64,000 nucleotides of DNA from an uncultured Armatimonadetes bacterium (GTDB lineage Bacteria; Armatimonadota; UBA5829; DTJY01). The DNA lies in contig OY970325.1 in the NCBI GenBank assembly GCA_963717145.1, positions 1,344,001-1,408,000 on the forward strand, written 5' to 3'. Position 1 is the first letter of the stretch. Each line of letters starts with the position of its first letter. Below, in pieces: positions 9,997 through 20,471 of the stretch. Below the pieces are notes generated by a model that saw only the letters and a program-made list of their open reading frames with translations, searched no databases and was not told the origin of the DNA. Position numbers and translations under genes: made by a program.

Positions 9997-10836
9997 GATC
10001 TTCCCCTGATACACTTCGACCGCGGGGCCGGTCATGTACACATTGCCATCGTCCCGCCAGTCGATCGACAGATCCCCGCCGGGGAGATGAACGGTCGCGC
10101 ACCGAGCGGTCTTCCCTGTGAGCGATCCGGCCACGACCGTTGCACAGGCCCCGGTCCCGCACGCGAGCGTGACGCCGGCGCCTCGTTCCCATACCCGCAT
10201 GATGACTTCTTCCGGCGAGATCACCTGGGCGAAATCGACGTTCGTCTTCTGCGGGAATGCGGGGTGCGTCTCGATACTTGGGCCTATCTCCTCGAGTGGC
10301 ACATCGGCTGCGCAGTGGACGAAGATCACGCAGTGCGGAATGCCCACATTCACACAGGTGATCTCCAGGCGCTGGCCGTTCACATCGAGCGGCTGAAGGA
10401 TCACTTGTCCGGTATACCCAGTGACCGGGATCTCAGCGGCGTCGAGCTTCGGAGCGCCCATGTTCACGGTCGCGGAAACCGCCAGGCCCTCCTGCCCCTG
10501 CACCTCGACGTATTTGGTACCCCCGAGCGTCTCGATGCTCACGGATTCCTTCATGAGGCCGCGATCGAACAGGTACTTGGCAAAACACCGAGTGGCATTG
10601 CCGCACATCTCGGCCTCGCTGCCATCGGAGTTGATGATCCTCATGCGGTAGTCAGCGGCATCCGACGGGAGCACCAGAACCAGGCCGTCCGCGCCGACAC
10701 CGAAATGCCGCTCGCAGACCTGTTCCGAAACCTTCGCCAGGTCGAATCCTTCCAGCGGACCCATGCCCTGCACGCAGTCCACGAAGATGAAGTCGTTGCC
10801 GGCTCCGTGCATCTTCACGAATTGTACTTCGGGCAT
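9988..10836 (-). CDS. dapF: Diaminopimelate epimerase
   Basis: KMHGAGNDF, GVGADG, NSDGSEAEMCGNATRC, ERGAGVTLACGTGA; start ATG 10836. Confidence 0.97.
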   Translation of the reverse strand: MPEVQFVKMHGAGNDFIFVDCVQGMGPLEGFDLAKVSEQVCERHFGVGADGLVLVLPSDAADYRMRIINSDGSEAEMCGNATRCFAKYLFDRGLMKESVSIETLGGTKYVEVQGQEGLAVSATVNMGAPKLDAAEIPVTGYTGQVILQPLDVNGQRLEITCVNVGIPHCVIFVHCAADVPLEEIGPSIETHPAFPQKTNVDFAQVISPEEVIMRVWERGAGVTLACGTGACATVVAGSLTGKTARCATVHLPGGDLSIDWRDDGNVYMTGPAVEVYQGKIRL

Positions 10837-10837
10837 T

Positions 10838-11113
10838 CTACTCTTCCGCGGGCGGTGTCTGCTCGCCGGTTTCCTTCGGGAAGTCCTGTACGTTGGTGGA
10901 GACCTGCTTTGCAGGAACGACCGATGCAATGGCATGCTTGTAGACCATCTGTGTCGGCTTACCGGGGCTGTCGAGCAGCACGGTGAAGGCATCGAAGCCT
11001 CTCACGTGCCCCTTCAACTGCACGCCGCCGACCAGATAGATCGTGAGCGGGATGTTCTCCTTTCGCACCTGGTTCAAAAACACGTCCTGCAAGTTAACCT
11101 GTCCCTTGTTCAT
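10838..11113 (-). CDS. hfq: RNA chaperone Hfq
   Basis: [13 protein letters not shown]...GFDAFTVLL...MVYKHAI; follows miaA. Confidence 0.96.
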   Translation of the reverse strand: MNKGQVNLQDVFLNQVRKENIPLTIYLVGGVQLKGHVRGFDAFTVLLDSPGKPTQMVYKHAIASVVPAKQVSTNVQDFPKETGEQTPPAEE

Positions 11114-11184
11114 GTAACACTCCTTCGTCCCGGCGGACTATCCTGCGTCCGCCTACCTCTACTGGGTTTTTGGGATGCTCTCGA

Positions 11185-12117
11185 TCAGGCCTCTGCCCTG
11201 AGCGTGGCAGCGATGCCTTCCGCAATCTCCGAGGCCGAACGGCCCTCGACATCCAACCACCGGATGTCAGGGTCCGCACGGAACCACGTCAACTGCCTCT
11301 TCGCAAACCGCCGGGTATCCCGCTTCAGGAGTTCGATCGCCGCAGGGAGATCATACTCGCCGAGCAGATAGCCCGCGATCTGTTTGTACCCGAGGCCCTT
11401 CATTGCCGGCAACTCCGGATCATATCCCTGATCCATGAGCCGCCGAACTTCTTCCACCAATCCGGCCTGGATCATGTCGTCAACCCTGTGCTCGATCCGC
11501 TCGTACAGCATCGGTCGCTTCACCGTAAGGCCGAACATCTTGACTGAATGAGCTACCTCGGCACTGCCCGCGGTCTCGTGAAAGTGCGAGATCGGTTTGC
11601 CGGTAGCATGATACACTTCCAGCGCCCGAACCATCCGCTTGATATCCTTCGGATGTAATCGGGCAGCCGTGGCCGGATCGACTGCGCAAAGCTGCTCCAG
11701 CAGATATTCGCCACCGAGATGCTCGGCTTCCTCCTTTAGTCGGGTCCGCAGTTCCTTATCGGGAGCGACTTGAGGGATATTGAAACCGCCGGTAAGCGCC
11801 TTGACGTACATTCCGCTGCCGCCGACGAAGATCGGCATCTTCCCACGGCCGACTATACCCGCAATGCACTCGTCGGCCAAACGGCGGAACACGGCCGCGC
11901 TGAACTCCTCGTCGGGACGCACGACATCGATGAGGTGGAACGGCACGGCTCTCTGCTCTTCCGGGGTCGGCTTGGCGGTACCAATGTCCATACCCTCGTA
12001 GACCGCCATCGAATCGGCCGAGATGATCTCGCCGCCGATCATCCGCGCGAGACCGATTCCCACAGCCGTTTTCCCCACCGCGGTGGGTCCGACTATCCCG
12101 ACTAGCATCCCGTGCAT
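11185..12117 (-). CDS. miaA: tRNA dimethylallyltransferase
   Basis: GPTAVGKT, IISADSM.VY.GMDIGTAKP, TRRFAKRQLTWF; start 12117 or 12108. Confidence 0.97.
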   Translation of the reverse strand: MHGMLVGIVGPTAVGKTAVGIGLARMIGGEIISADSMAVYEGMDIGTAKPTPEEQRAVPFHLIDVVRPDEEFSAAVFRRLADECIAGIVGRGKMPIFVGGSGMYVKALTGGFNIPQVAPDKELRTRLKEEAEHLGGEYLLEQLCAVDPATAARLHPKDIKRMVRALEVYHATGKPISHFHETAGSAEVAHSVKMFGLTVKRPMLYERIEHRVDDMIQAGLVEEVRRLMDQGYDPELPAMKGLGYKQIAGYLLGEYDLPAAIELLKRDTRRFAKRQLTWFRADPDIRWLDVEGRSASEIAEGIAATLRAEA

Positions 12118-12297
12118 CGAGTTTGTCCTTCGTGCGCCGGAAAATCCTCCGAAGTATAGCACAAACGGCTCCCTACCGCAAGCTAATGCCATGCCTGTAG
12201 CATATCGGAGGGACGCCTGCACGGTTGCTCTGCCACCGGATGGGTTGGTTTCCTGCGTTCCAGGATGTATAATGGGGCATTGCAGGAGGAACGGGAA

Positions 12298-12981
12298 TTG
12301 CGAAGACTCATACCGATAGCTATGGCAGCCGCCTTGGTCGCCGGATGTGCCGGCCAGATCATCCGCCCGAAGATCGAGGCGGGGATCGAGAAAGCCCTGC
12401 CCGGCTACATCGGGCCGGCAAGAGAATACCGGGTCAAGGCAAGCGGCTCATCGACCGCCATGATCAACGGCGAGTTCAGCGCGCTCCACATCACCGGACG
12501 TGAGGTCCAGGCGACCAAGGACCTCACGATCGATCTCCTGACAGTCGAGATGAAGGACGTCAAGGCCGATCCATCGACGCGCAAGCTTCGTAGCGTCGGC
12601 TCGACGACATTTCAGGCGGAGATCACCGAGCAGGCCGTGAACGCCTATGTGAACGCCAGCAGACCGCAGGGCAACGAGGTCCGCGTCGACCTCGAGCCGG
12701 GCAAGATCACTGTGATCGCTCGTCCCACGTTCTATGGCATCGGCGCGGAGGTCCGCGTGACCGGGAGGCCCGCGATCGCCGGTGGGAGCAAGGTGAACTT
12801 CGTCGCGGACAAGGCGTCGGTCAGTATCGTCCCAGTGCCCGCGTGGGTGGTCAATAAGCTGCTCGATCTCGTCAACCCGGTACTCGACCTGAATCAGATG
12901 AAGTTCCCGGTCTCGCTCACTTCGGTGACCATTGAGAAAGACACCGTGCAGTTGGCAGGCAAGGCGGATTTCAAACCGTAG
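12298..12981 (+). CDS. DUF2993/LmeA-like lipoprotein
   Basis: TTG start after GGAGG; lipobox LVAGC; beta-rich body ending LTSVTIEKDTVQLAG. Confidence 0.65.
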   Translation: MRRLIPIAMAAALVAGCAGQIIRPKIEAGIEKALPGYIGPAREYRVKASGSSTAMINGEFSALHITGREVQATKDLTIDLLTVEMKDVKADPSTRKLRSVGSTTFQAEITEQAVNAYVNASRPQGNEVRVDLEPGKITVIARPTFYGIGAEVRVTGRPAIAGGSKVNFVADKASVSIVPVPAWVVNKLLDLVNPVLDLNQMKFPVSLTSVTIEKDTVQLAGKADFKP

Positions 12982-13023
12982 GGAATGCAGAGTGCAGAGT
13001 GAACTGCCAAGGGGGAGACAGTC

Positions 13024-16000
13024 ATGCCTGAGGAAGTGGAAGTACACCTCGAGACCATCGAACTGCCGACCTATGAGACGATGTCTGAGAAGCCGGACCC
13101 GTGGTTCGGAAAGCGTCTCGGCGCGCATACCTACCCATACCGCCTGCAGGACGGCCTGACGAAAGAGCGCGTCATCCGCCGATACGATGCCATCATCCTG
13201 GAGAACGAACTCCTGCTGCTGACCGTGCTCCCCGACTTCGGATGCAGGCTCTTCTCGGTCTACGACAAGCTTCTCGGCCGCGAGGTCTTCCACCGAAACG
13301 ACTGTATCAAGCCGACGTTGATCGCCACTCGCGGGGCATGGATCTCCGGCGGCATCGAGTTCAACTTTCCGGTAAGCCACTCGGTCTACACGCACTCGCG
13401 CATCCCATTCACCACCAGGCGCAATCCGGACGGCTCGGCGTCGGTGATCTTCGGGCTGACTGAACGCATGACTGAGATGCGTTTCACCGTCGAGGTCCGA
13501 CTCGCGCCTCAGGAGTACCGCTTCTCGGACACGATCCGGCTCTACAACGGCACTCCCCTGCCCCGTCGGCACTACTGGTGGACTAACGCAGGGGTCTACT
13601 CGACTCCCGATACACGGCTGATCTATGCGATGACGCGCGGCATCTCGGGCGCATACGGCGAGAACACGACGTGGCCGATCCATGACGGCATCGACCTGAG
13701 CCGGATAGGAAGCCATGCCTTCACCGGCGATGTGTTCGGCGCTGAGACCTACGACCAGTTCTTCGGCGTCTACTACGACCAGGCCGGCTGCGGGGTCGCC
13801 CACTGGTCGAAGCAGGATGAGATGCCCGGTCGGAAGGTATTCTGCTGGGGTCAGGACGAGATGGGCAAGCTCTGGCAGAGCATGCTCACAGAGAACGCCG
13901 GCGACTACCTCGAGATCCAGTCCGGCCGATTCGCGACCCAGAGCGATTTCGGATTACTCCAGCCGCACGAGTTGGTGACCATGACCGAGTACTGGCTGCC
14001 GGTCGGTCCGACCGGCGGCTTCGTGAAGGCTCACAGAGAAGGTATCATCAACCTCGGCCCGGATGGATCGGTCGCGGTGCAGATGACTCGTCCCGTCCGA
14101 GGCGCAACGGTCAAGATCATGGGGCAAGACAGGATGACTGGTGACCTGGCCGCGGGAGAGGTCTACCGCTTCGAAACCTCCGGCGATGCGGGAGACACAT
14201 CGGTCGAGGTGCTCGACGCAGACGGGAATGCGGTGCTTGCATACGATCCCCAACAGAAAGATCGCGTGCATGACATCGTCCCTCGAACCAGCGTGTTCCC
14301 TGAGCAGACTGAGACGGCGGATGAGATGCTTCAGGCCGCCAACGCCTCCGAGCGGTTCGACTCGTCGGATGCGGCGATCAGGCGCCTCGAGCAGTTGATG
14401 GTCACCGAGCACGAGGTCGAGGGGCGAAAGGGATTGGCGCGATTCGCACTCAGGGCCGGGCGCTGGGAGGATGCCGAAGAACAGGCACGGGCGCTTCCCG
14501 AGGGCGACCACGAGGCGAATGCTCTCCTCGCGCTGGCACTCGATGGTCAGGGTGATGACGCCAGGGACCTATGGCAATCACTCGCCTGCGATGCATCGTT
14601 TGGGGTGCTCGCGAAACGTCGGGTGGCGGAGAGCTTCATCCGCCAAGGGGAATGGGATGGGGTCGCAGGGCTCGTCCTGGGTTCGCCCGACCCGATGCTC
14701 TCGCTGCTGGGAGTGATCGCCGAGAGGAAACTCGGACTCACGAGCGACAGACTTTCAACCCTGATAGAGGCCGATCCGCTATGGAGACATGCCCTGTGGG
14801 AGAACTTCTTCCGCAAGAGGAATGAACTCCCCGAACTCACCAGCGAGACCTTCCAGGAGGACATGGACGCCGCCGGAATGTACCTCGACCTCGGATTGCT
14901 CGATGAGGCGAGGGCTGTGGTGGAGGCGTGGACTAGTGCGAGGCCGCCGAGTGATCCGTTCCTGCGAGTGCTCATCGAGGAGTTGGACATCGAGCCGCCA
15001 TCAGAGTACCGGGCTGATGAGTGGGGAATCGTGAACTGCTTTGCCCACCGAGACATCCTGATGCGTCTGATCGAGAGTCGCGACGACGCCGAGTCGCTCA
15101 CCGATCTGGGGAACATGCTTTATGCCCGCGGGCGGATCGATGAGGCAATCGAGAAGTGGCATGCGGCTCAGGAGGGGTATCTGCCGCGCCGGAACCTTGC
15201 GATCGCCCATTGGCACAAGAAGGATGACCTTCAGACCGCCTACAGGTACATGCGCGGGGCGAGCGATCTATGTCCGGGCAGTCCCGCCATCCTGCGGGAT
15301 TGCGATATCCTGGCCGACCTGAGCGGGAACGAGTCGGACCGGCTCGAAATCGTCACGCGGATCATGAAATATGCGCCGGAGGACAGCGGGTGTCTCGAAC
15401 GGGCGGTCCGAGCATACCTGGCTGCTGACAGGCTCGACGACGCGATCGACTTGCTTCAGACCAAGACCTTCTTCGTGGCGGAGTTGGCGTACCAGACCCG
15501 GATACTGTACGTGTGGGCGATGATCGGGCGCGGGATGCGCAACATGACCGAGGAGCGATATGCCGATGCCGCCGTGGACTTCCGCGCGGCGACCGAGTAC
15601 CCGCCGAACCTCGGCGCGAGCCGGTTCCACGATTCGAGTGACGCTCAGGCGCTCTTCCTCTTGGGCGAGGCGCTCAGTAAGCTCGGCGACACGGAGGACG
15701 CGCGGAAAGCGCACGCATCGGCGGCGGACGATATGCCAGTCAGGGGAACGGAGCAGGCATTCTACGTCGGACAGGCACGGGATCGACCCGGGAGAGACGA
15801 TGCCCGTGAGGCCCGGAAGAAGATACTCCCGGCCGACCAATCAGCAGACACCCCTGAGGCTCAGGCGCGGTTGAACTACCTCAAGGGACTGGAACGCCTC
15901 GCGGCCCATGACCCCGATGCCTCTGCGGAGTACTTCAGGCTTGCGCACGAGTTCCTGCGTGCGAATCCGGCGAAGATGAGACGGTACATGGAGTCGCTGG

Positions 16001-16056
16001 CGTACACCCGCTCAGAGGGCCGCAGAGTGCCGATCGCAGTCTGGGAGAATGGTTGA
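13024..16056 (+). CDS. DUF5107 domain plus TPR repeat protein
   Basis: LENELL...GAWISGGIEFNFP..HS, YWWTNA, YLEIQSG; helical TPR-like C-terminal half. Confidence 0.85.
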   Translation: MPEEVEVHLETIELPTYETMSEKPDPWFGKRLGAHTYPYRLQDGLTKERVIRRYDAIILENELLLLTVLPDFGCRLFSVYDKLLGREVFHRNDCIKPTLIATRGAWISGGIEFNFPVSHSVYTHSRIPFTTRRNPDGSASVIFGLTERMTEMRFTVEVRLAPQEYRFSDTIRLYNGTPLPRRHYWWTNAGVYSTPDTRLIYAMTRGISGAYGENTTWPIHDGIDLSRIGSHAFTGDVFGAETYDQFFGVYYDQAGCGVAHWSKQDEMPGRKVFCWGQDEMGKLWQSMLTENAGDYLEIQSGRFATQSDFGLLQPHELVTMTEYWLPVGPTGGFVKAHREGIINLGPDGSVAVQMTRPVRGATVKIMGQDRMTGDLAAGEVYRFETSGDAGDTSVEVLDADGNAVLAYDPQQKDRVHDIVPRTSVFPEQTETADEMLQAANASERFDSSDAAIRRLEQLMVTEHEVEGRKGLARFALRAGRWEDAEEQARALPEGDHEANALLALALDGQGDDARDLWQSLACDASFGVLAKRRVAESFIRQGEWDGVAGLVLGSPDPMLSLLGVIAERKLGLTSDRLSTLIEADPLWRHALWENFFRKRNELPELTSETFQEDMDAAGMYLDLGLLDEARAVVEAWTSARPPSDPFLRVLIEELDIEPPSEYRADEWGIVNCFAHRDILMRLIESRDDAESLTDLGNMLYARGRIDEAIEKWHAAQEGYLPRRNLAIAHWHKKDDLQTAYRYMRGASDLCPGSPAILRDCDILADLSGNESDRLEIVTRIMKYAPEDSGCLERAVRAYLAADRLDDAIDLLQTKTFFVAELAYQTRILYVWAMIGRGMRNMTEERYADAAVDFRAATEYPPNLGASRFHDSSDAQALFLLGEALSKLGDTEDARKAHASAADDMPVRGTEQAFYVGQARDRPGRDDAREARKKILPADQSADTPEAQARLNYLKGLERLAAHDPDASAEYFRLAHEFLRANPAKMRRYMESLAYTRSEGRRVPIAVWENG

Positions 16057-16118
16057 TGGTTGATGGTCGATGACATTCGCATTCCCAATCAGCCATTGAC
16101 CATGAACTATCAACCATT
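16048..16118. repeat. Heptamer inverted tandem array (GATGGTT / AACCATC)
   Basis: aatggttgatggttgatggtcgatg...ccattgaccatgaactatcaaccatt between convergent genes. Confidence 0.8.
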
Positions 16119-16120
16119 TC

Positions 16121-17860
16121 CTATGCTGCCTTCAGCGTCATGCTAAGCTCCTCGCTCTCGACCATCACCTTGCGCTGCACTTCGTCGATCGTGGTAATGC
16201 CCGCGAGCACCTTTGCCGTGCCGTCCTGCGCCATCGTTCTCATCCCTTGGGCTATCGCTAACTGGCGCATTTCGGGGGCCGACGCCTTTGTCATCGTCAG
16301 CTTCCTCAACTGGTCGGTCATCACCAGAACCTCGTTGATACTCACTCGGCCTTTGTAACCCGAACCGCTGCAGTTAGTACAGCCCACGGCATGGTACAGT
16401 GTGACATCGTCGTCGGAAGCGAGGCCGAGCAGGGACTTCGTCTTGTCGTCCGGCTGGTAGGCGGCCCTACAGTCCGGACAGAGCACGCGAACGAGCCTCT
16501 GCGCCACCACGCCATTGATCGCCGAACCCACGAGGAATGGCTCGACATCCTGGTCGATCAGACGCGTGACCGCGCTGGGAGCGTCGTTGCAGTGGAGCGT
16601 GCTCAGGACCAGGTGACCGGTCAGCGCAGCTCTGAACGCAACGTCGGCGGTCTCCGTGTCCCTGATCTCGCCGACCAGCACGATATCCGGATCCTGCCTG
16701 AGAATCGCGCGGAGTTGATTCGCGAAAGTGAGGCCGATCCTGGTGTGCACGTTGGTCTGGTTGATACCCTCCATCTCGTACTCGACCGGATCCTCGACCG
16801 TCATGATGTTCGTGTTCTCGGATCTCAGAATGTTGAGAGCGGCATAGAGCGTCGTGGTCTTGCCGCTTCCGGTGGGACCTGTGACCAGGATGATGCCATG
16901 CGGACGGGTGACCAGCTTCGTGAAGACGGACAACTCGTGCGGCGCGAAGCCCAATTCCTCGAGTGGGATGATCCCACTCGCCCTATCCAGGATTCGGAGA
17001 ACCACTCTCTCGCCATACAGGGTGGGCGAGGTGGAGACACGCAAGTCCACAAGCTTCTTGTCCAGACGCACCGTAATGCGTCCATCCTGCGGGAGTCGTC
17101 GTTCCGAGATGTCGAGTTCGGACATGATCTTGACGCGCGAGGTGATGGCAGCATGGAGGCTTCTCGGCAGACTCTTCACAAGATGGAGTTCGCCATCGAT
17201 CCGGAACCGTACGTCTATGCTATTCCGCCGCGGCTCGATGTGAATATCGCTGGCCTTCTGCCGAACTCCCTGTGTGAGAAGTACGTTCACCATTCGAACA
17301 ACCGGCGCGCGATGGCTCTGCCTTTTGACCTCGTTAATGTCCTCGCCGTGCTCGTATTCCTCGCCGGTGGCCAACTCCATTCCCGCGGCCTGCTGAGCAG
17401 CGCTCTGGAGATCATCGGAGCCACTGCCGCCGTATTGCTTGTTCACTGCGTCGGTGATCCGCCATTCGGTGGCAAGGGCGGGCTCCACGCGGCACTTCGC
17501 CTCCAACTGCACGAGGTCCATGGCCTCGACATCGAGCGGGTTCGCCATTGCCACGGTCAGTCGGTCCTCGGTCATCGAAATGGGGATGAGATTGTAGGTA
17601 CGAGCGGTCTGTTCGGAGACCAGTATAACCGCTTCCGGCGCGCATTCCGCATCCTGGAGATTGACGTAGCCGACATCGAGTTGGAGAGCCCGGACTTCCG
17701 TGATCTGTTCCTCGGTCGCAAGCCCCCAAGCTATAAGTATCTCGCCGAGCCGCTTGTGCGTCTGGTTCTGCTCGTCAAGCGCCTCGTGGAGCTTCTCCTC
17801 AGTGATGATACCTCTGGAGACCAGGATGTCACCGAGCGGCTTCTTATAAAACTCTTCCAT
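16121..17860 (-). CDS. GspE/PulE/PilB family secretion ATPase with N-terminal MshEN-like region
   Basis: KPLGDILV/KRLGEILI repeats, ASDIHIEP, RRLPQDG, GPTGSGKTTTLY, LRQDPD, CPDC...CTNC. Confidence 0.95.
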   Translation of the reverse strand: MEEFYKKPLGDILVSRGIITEEKLHEALDEQNQTHKRLGEILIAWGLATEEQITEVRALQLDVGYVNLQDAECAPEAVILVSEQTARTYNLIPISMTEDRLTVAMANPLDVEAMDLVQLEAKCRVEPALATEWRITDAVNKQYGGSGSDDLQSAAQQAAGMELATGEEYEHGEDINEVKRQSHRAPVVRMVNVLLTQGVRQKASDIHIEPRRNSIDVRFRIDGELHLVKSLPRSLHAAITSRVKIMSELDISERRLPQDGRITVRLDKKLVDLRVSTSPTLYGERVVLRILDRASGIIPLEELGFAPHELSVFTKLVTRPHGIILVTGPTGSGKTTTLYAALNILRSENTNIMTVEDPVEYEMEGINQTNVHTRIGLTFANQLRAILRQDPDIVLVGEIRDTETADVAFRAALTGHLVLSTLHCNDAPSAVTRLIDQDVEPFLVGSAINGVVAQRLVRVLCPDCRAAYQPDDKTKSLLGLASDDDVTLYHAVGCTNCSGSGYKGRVSINEVLVMTDQLRKLTMTKASAPEMRQLAIAQGMRTMAQDGTAKVLAGITTIDEVQRKVMVESEELSMTLKAA

Positions 17861-17901
17861 GCAAAAACCTCATTCTACACCAGGCAGCCAGCCTGCATAG
17901 T

Positions 17902-18147
17902 TCAGGACACGGACTGATCGGCCGAATCACCGAGATCGCTCAGCAGGCGACGGATCTCCCGAGACCTGTTGGCGGTCTCTTCCGAATCCGCTTCGATCGT
18001 CACCACGAGGACGTCGCCCTGACCGGTTTCCGACGGCAGAAGGATTCTCGGCCAGATCACCGCCTGCGACTCATCGTCTCCGAGTATCAGGACCGCCCGA
18101 TCGCCCTCGAACCGGTCCACGAATGCGCTCACCCGCGCGGTGCTCAT
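17902..18147 (-). CDS. DUF3006 family protein
   Basis: VDRFEGDRAVL...LP....GDVL pattern; downstream of ComEC-like MBL; ATGA overlap. Confidence 0.85.
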   Translation of the reverse strand: MSTARVSAFVDRFEGDRAVLILGDDESQAVIWPRILLPSETGQGDVLVVTIEADSEETANRSREIRRLLSDLGDSADQSVS

Positions 18148-18986
18148 TCCGTATACTCCGTCCATACTCGCCGGCCGTCGGTCGAGATGACGACGTCGCC
18201 GTTCTCGTCGGTCCGGAACACTTGAGCGCCGGCGGCCGACAGCCTGCCGAGCGTCTCCTTGCCGGGCTGCGCAGACTCCGACTCCGGATCGGCGCTGATC
18301 ACAGCGTACTCCGGCTTCACGATCTGCAGGAACTCATTCGACGTAGTCCCGTTGCTGCCATGACCAGCCACCTTGAGCACGGTGCTGCGAAGGTCGTGAT
18401 ACTCCGCAAGCAGTTGAGCCTCAGACTCCGGTGATAGGTTGCCGGTCAGCAGGAAACCGATGTCCCTGTAGCTGAACCGCAGGACGATCGGATCGCCTGT
18501 TCCGCCCTTGAGCGGCCAGATGACCTCGAAATCCACGCCGTTCGATACACTCGGCCGGCGCTCTTCAGTCACTGTCTTGTAGTCGATCCTGCGCTGCTTG
18601 ATGCTCGCAATGACCTGCTCATACGTCGCACTGCCCGAGGGCCCGCCGGCATCGAGGACTTCCGATACCCCGAACCGGTCGAGAACCGCCTGCAGCCCGC
18701 CGATGTGATCCTCGTCCGAATGAGCGATGACCAGCAGATCGATCCGTGGCACGCCTTGCCGAGCCAGGTACGAGATCAGATGGTCCGATCGGTCGGCATT
18801 CCCGGCATCCACCAGCACGACGCGGTTGTCCGGCGTCCGGATCAGAGTGCAGTCACCCGGCCCAACGTCAACGAAATGGACGGAAAGCCTCGGCTCCTCG
18901 GTCGCCGGTCTTCGACTGAGTGCGATATACCACGCCGCCAGGCCCAGCAATACTATCAGTAGAATTATAGGCAGAAGTCGTCGCAT
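18144..18986 (-). CDS. ComEC/Rec2-type metallo-beta-lactamase fold protein (degenerate motifs)
   Basis: VHFVDVGPGD, LVDAG, HSDEDHIGG, LKVAGHGS, RTDENG; N-terminal membrane anchor. Confidence 0.88.
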   Translation of the reverse strand: MRRLLPIILLIVLLGLAAWYIALSRRPATEEPRLSVHFVDVGPGDCTLIRTPDNRVVLVDAGNADRSDHLISYLARQGVPRIDLLVIAHSDEDHIGGLQAVLDRFGVSEVLDAGGPSGSATYEQVIASIKQRRIDYKTVTEERRPSVSNGVDFEVIWPLKGGTGDPIVLRFSYRDIGFLLTGNLSPESEAQLLAEYHDLRSTVLKVAGHGSNGTTSNEFLQIVKPEYAVISADPESESAQPGKETLGRLSAAGAQVFRTDENGDVVISTDGRRVWTEYTE

Positions 18987-19277
18987 GGGTTAGCTCTGAA
19001 GCTCTCTTTCGATGGAAGTTTTCGTTCGCTACAGGTTTCCACGATCCGAGCCGTCTTTCCTGCGGAAACGTACCTTGCGGAATCTGGGCTGAAGGTATAC
19101 TATGATCGCATGGTGGGTATGATTGCCATGACTTGCTAGCTATGTGGAGAATCGACCATGAGCTTTGGGGGCGACGGTGGTATTGTCTTGACGACTGGTT
19201 GCTCATCTAGGCATCCGGATTCGGAGCCACATGGTCGGTGACAACCGGCCTCAGAAGTGGTTAGCGGCGGCCCAACG

Positions 19278-19756
19278 TCACTTGAACAGCCTGTCAACTA
19301 GGCTACGCGCACGGTTGCGCTCCTGTTGGTTACGCATCTCTTCTTCTGCTTGTTTTGCCTTCTGACGCTCTTTCTCTTCCTTGGCTCGGCGGTCTCTGTA
19401 CTGCTTGACCAGACGAGTGATCTCTCTGTCGTTTGACGCTACAAGAGTCGCGCAGAACTCAGCTAGTACGGAAAACCCGTCGCTTTCTACCCAACGGCTA
19501 TGGCCATCGTAATCCGAGTCATATGTTCCACAGGCATGATGGATGTGCTTCCCATCCATCTCAAGATCGTAATAGGCGGTACCGTTGTCGGAGGCGAAGT
19601 GGCTAAGCCTAAAGTGATGACCCTCGCCTGGACAGAGAAGGTAACAGTGCCAGCGCCTACGTGGGGGGCGTCCACCTCCATGCTTTCAACACGCCATCCA
19701 GACTGGATACGAGAAAGGATCTCCGCGAGAACTGCCTTATCTTTGATGTAGTCCAC
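19278..19756 (-). CDS. Hypothetical protein with coiled-coil tail, probably one gene split by a frameshift near 19630
   Basis: Overlapping ORFs 19487-19756 and 19278-19559; the second frame is open upstream as GEGHHFRLSHFASDNGTAYYDLE; lower GC. Confidence 0.45.
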
Positions 19757-20009
19757 CGTTTTTGTCCTTCACGGCACGCTCTAGCTAATATCGGCGATTT
19801 CTCTTGCACCCCGGGATTGGCTTCGCAAGATTCGATACAATCATCGCGAGACACGCGTGCTCTTACTTATTGTATGGTGATGCAGCGAAGCCGGTCAAGT
19901 CCCAACTTGGTAAGACACTTTGCCCCGATGGATCCTTCGCGCCATCTCGAGGACGTGTACGTTGCCAACACGTCCCATCCGGGAAGTATGAGCCGAAAAC
20001 CAGGAAATG

Positions 20010-20039
20010 TTGACACTCGGGTTTGGGGACTGGTATCAT
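20010..20039 (+). promoter_or_regulatory. Sigma70-type promoter of the T-box/ileS unit
   Basis: TTGACA-18 bp-(TGG)TATCAT. Confidence 0.75.
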
Positions 20040-20063
20040 AGGAATAGTTATTCTCGATGGGCA

Positions 20064-20466
20064 GAGGCGATGACGAGGAAGAGTACCCGCCCGGCGCAGG
20101 CCGGGAAATCCGAAACTCGAAACACGAAATTCGAATTGCGGACTTTGCGGTCAGGTTACAGAGAACCGGGTAAGCTGAGAACCGGGGCCGAGTCGCGTGG
20201 GGAATATCACCTCCGAGCCGGAGCGGCGAAAGGGAAGTCATCAGTTATCGGTAATCAGTTATCAGTAAGACCGAGACCGATCACTGATCACTGATTACCG
20301 ATCACCGAGTAGTTGCTCCCGGGCGGTTCCCGTTACAGAACCGAGGTATGCGGATCGTCCAAGTACCTGCGAAGGTCCGGGCTGTGAAGCGCGGGCGAAT
20401 CGGGGTGGTACCACGAAGGCTTATGAGCCTCTCGTCCCTGCTGTGGGGATGAGAGGCTTTTGTTTT
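20064..20466 (+). ncRNA. T-box riboswitch (Ile, AUC specifier) with intrinsic terminator
   Basis: GCGATGA..GAGTA start, AGAGA and GCTGAGA motifs, GAAT-ATC-A specifier (20206-20208), stem II GAA/AGTA, CCGTTA, T-box AATCGGGGTGGTACCACG (20398-20415), terminator AGCCTCTCGTCCC...GGGATGAGAGGCT-TTTGTTTT. Confidence 0.92.
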
Positions 20467-20471
20467 GGGGA

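Noticed and set aside
19206-19277. Integron attC site after the orphan gene
   Set aside because: No convincing RYYYAAC/GTTRRRY pair or matching hairpin; no integrase.
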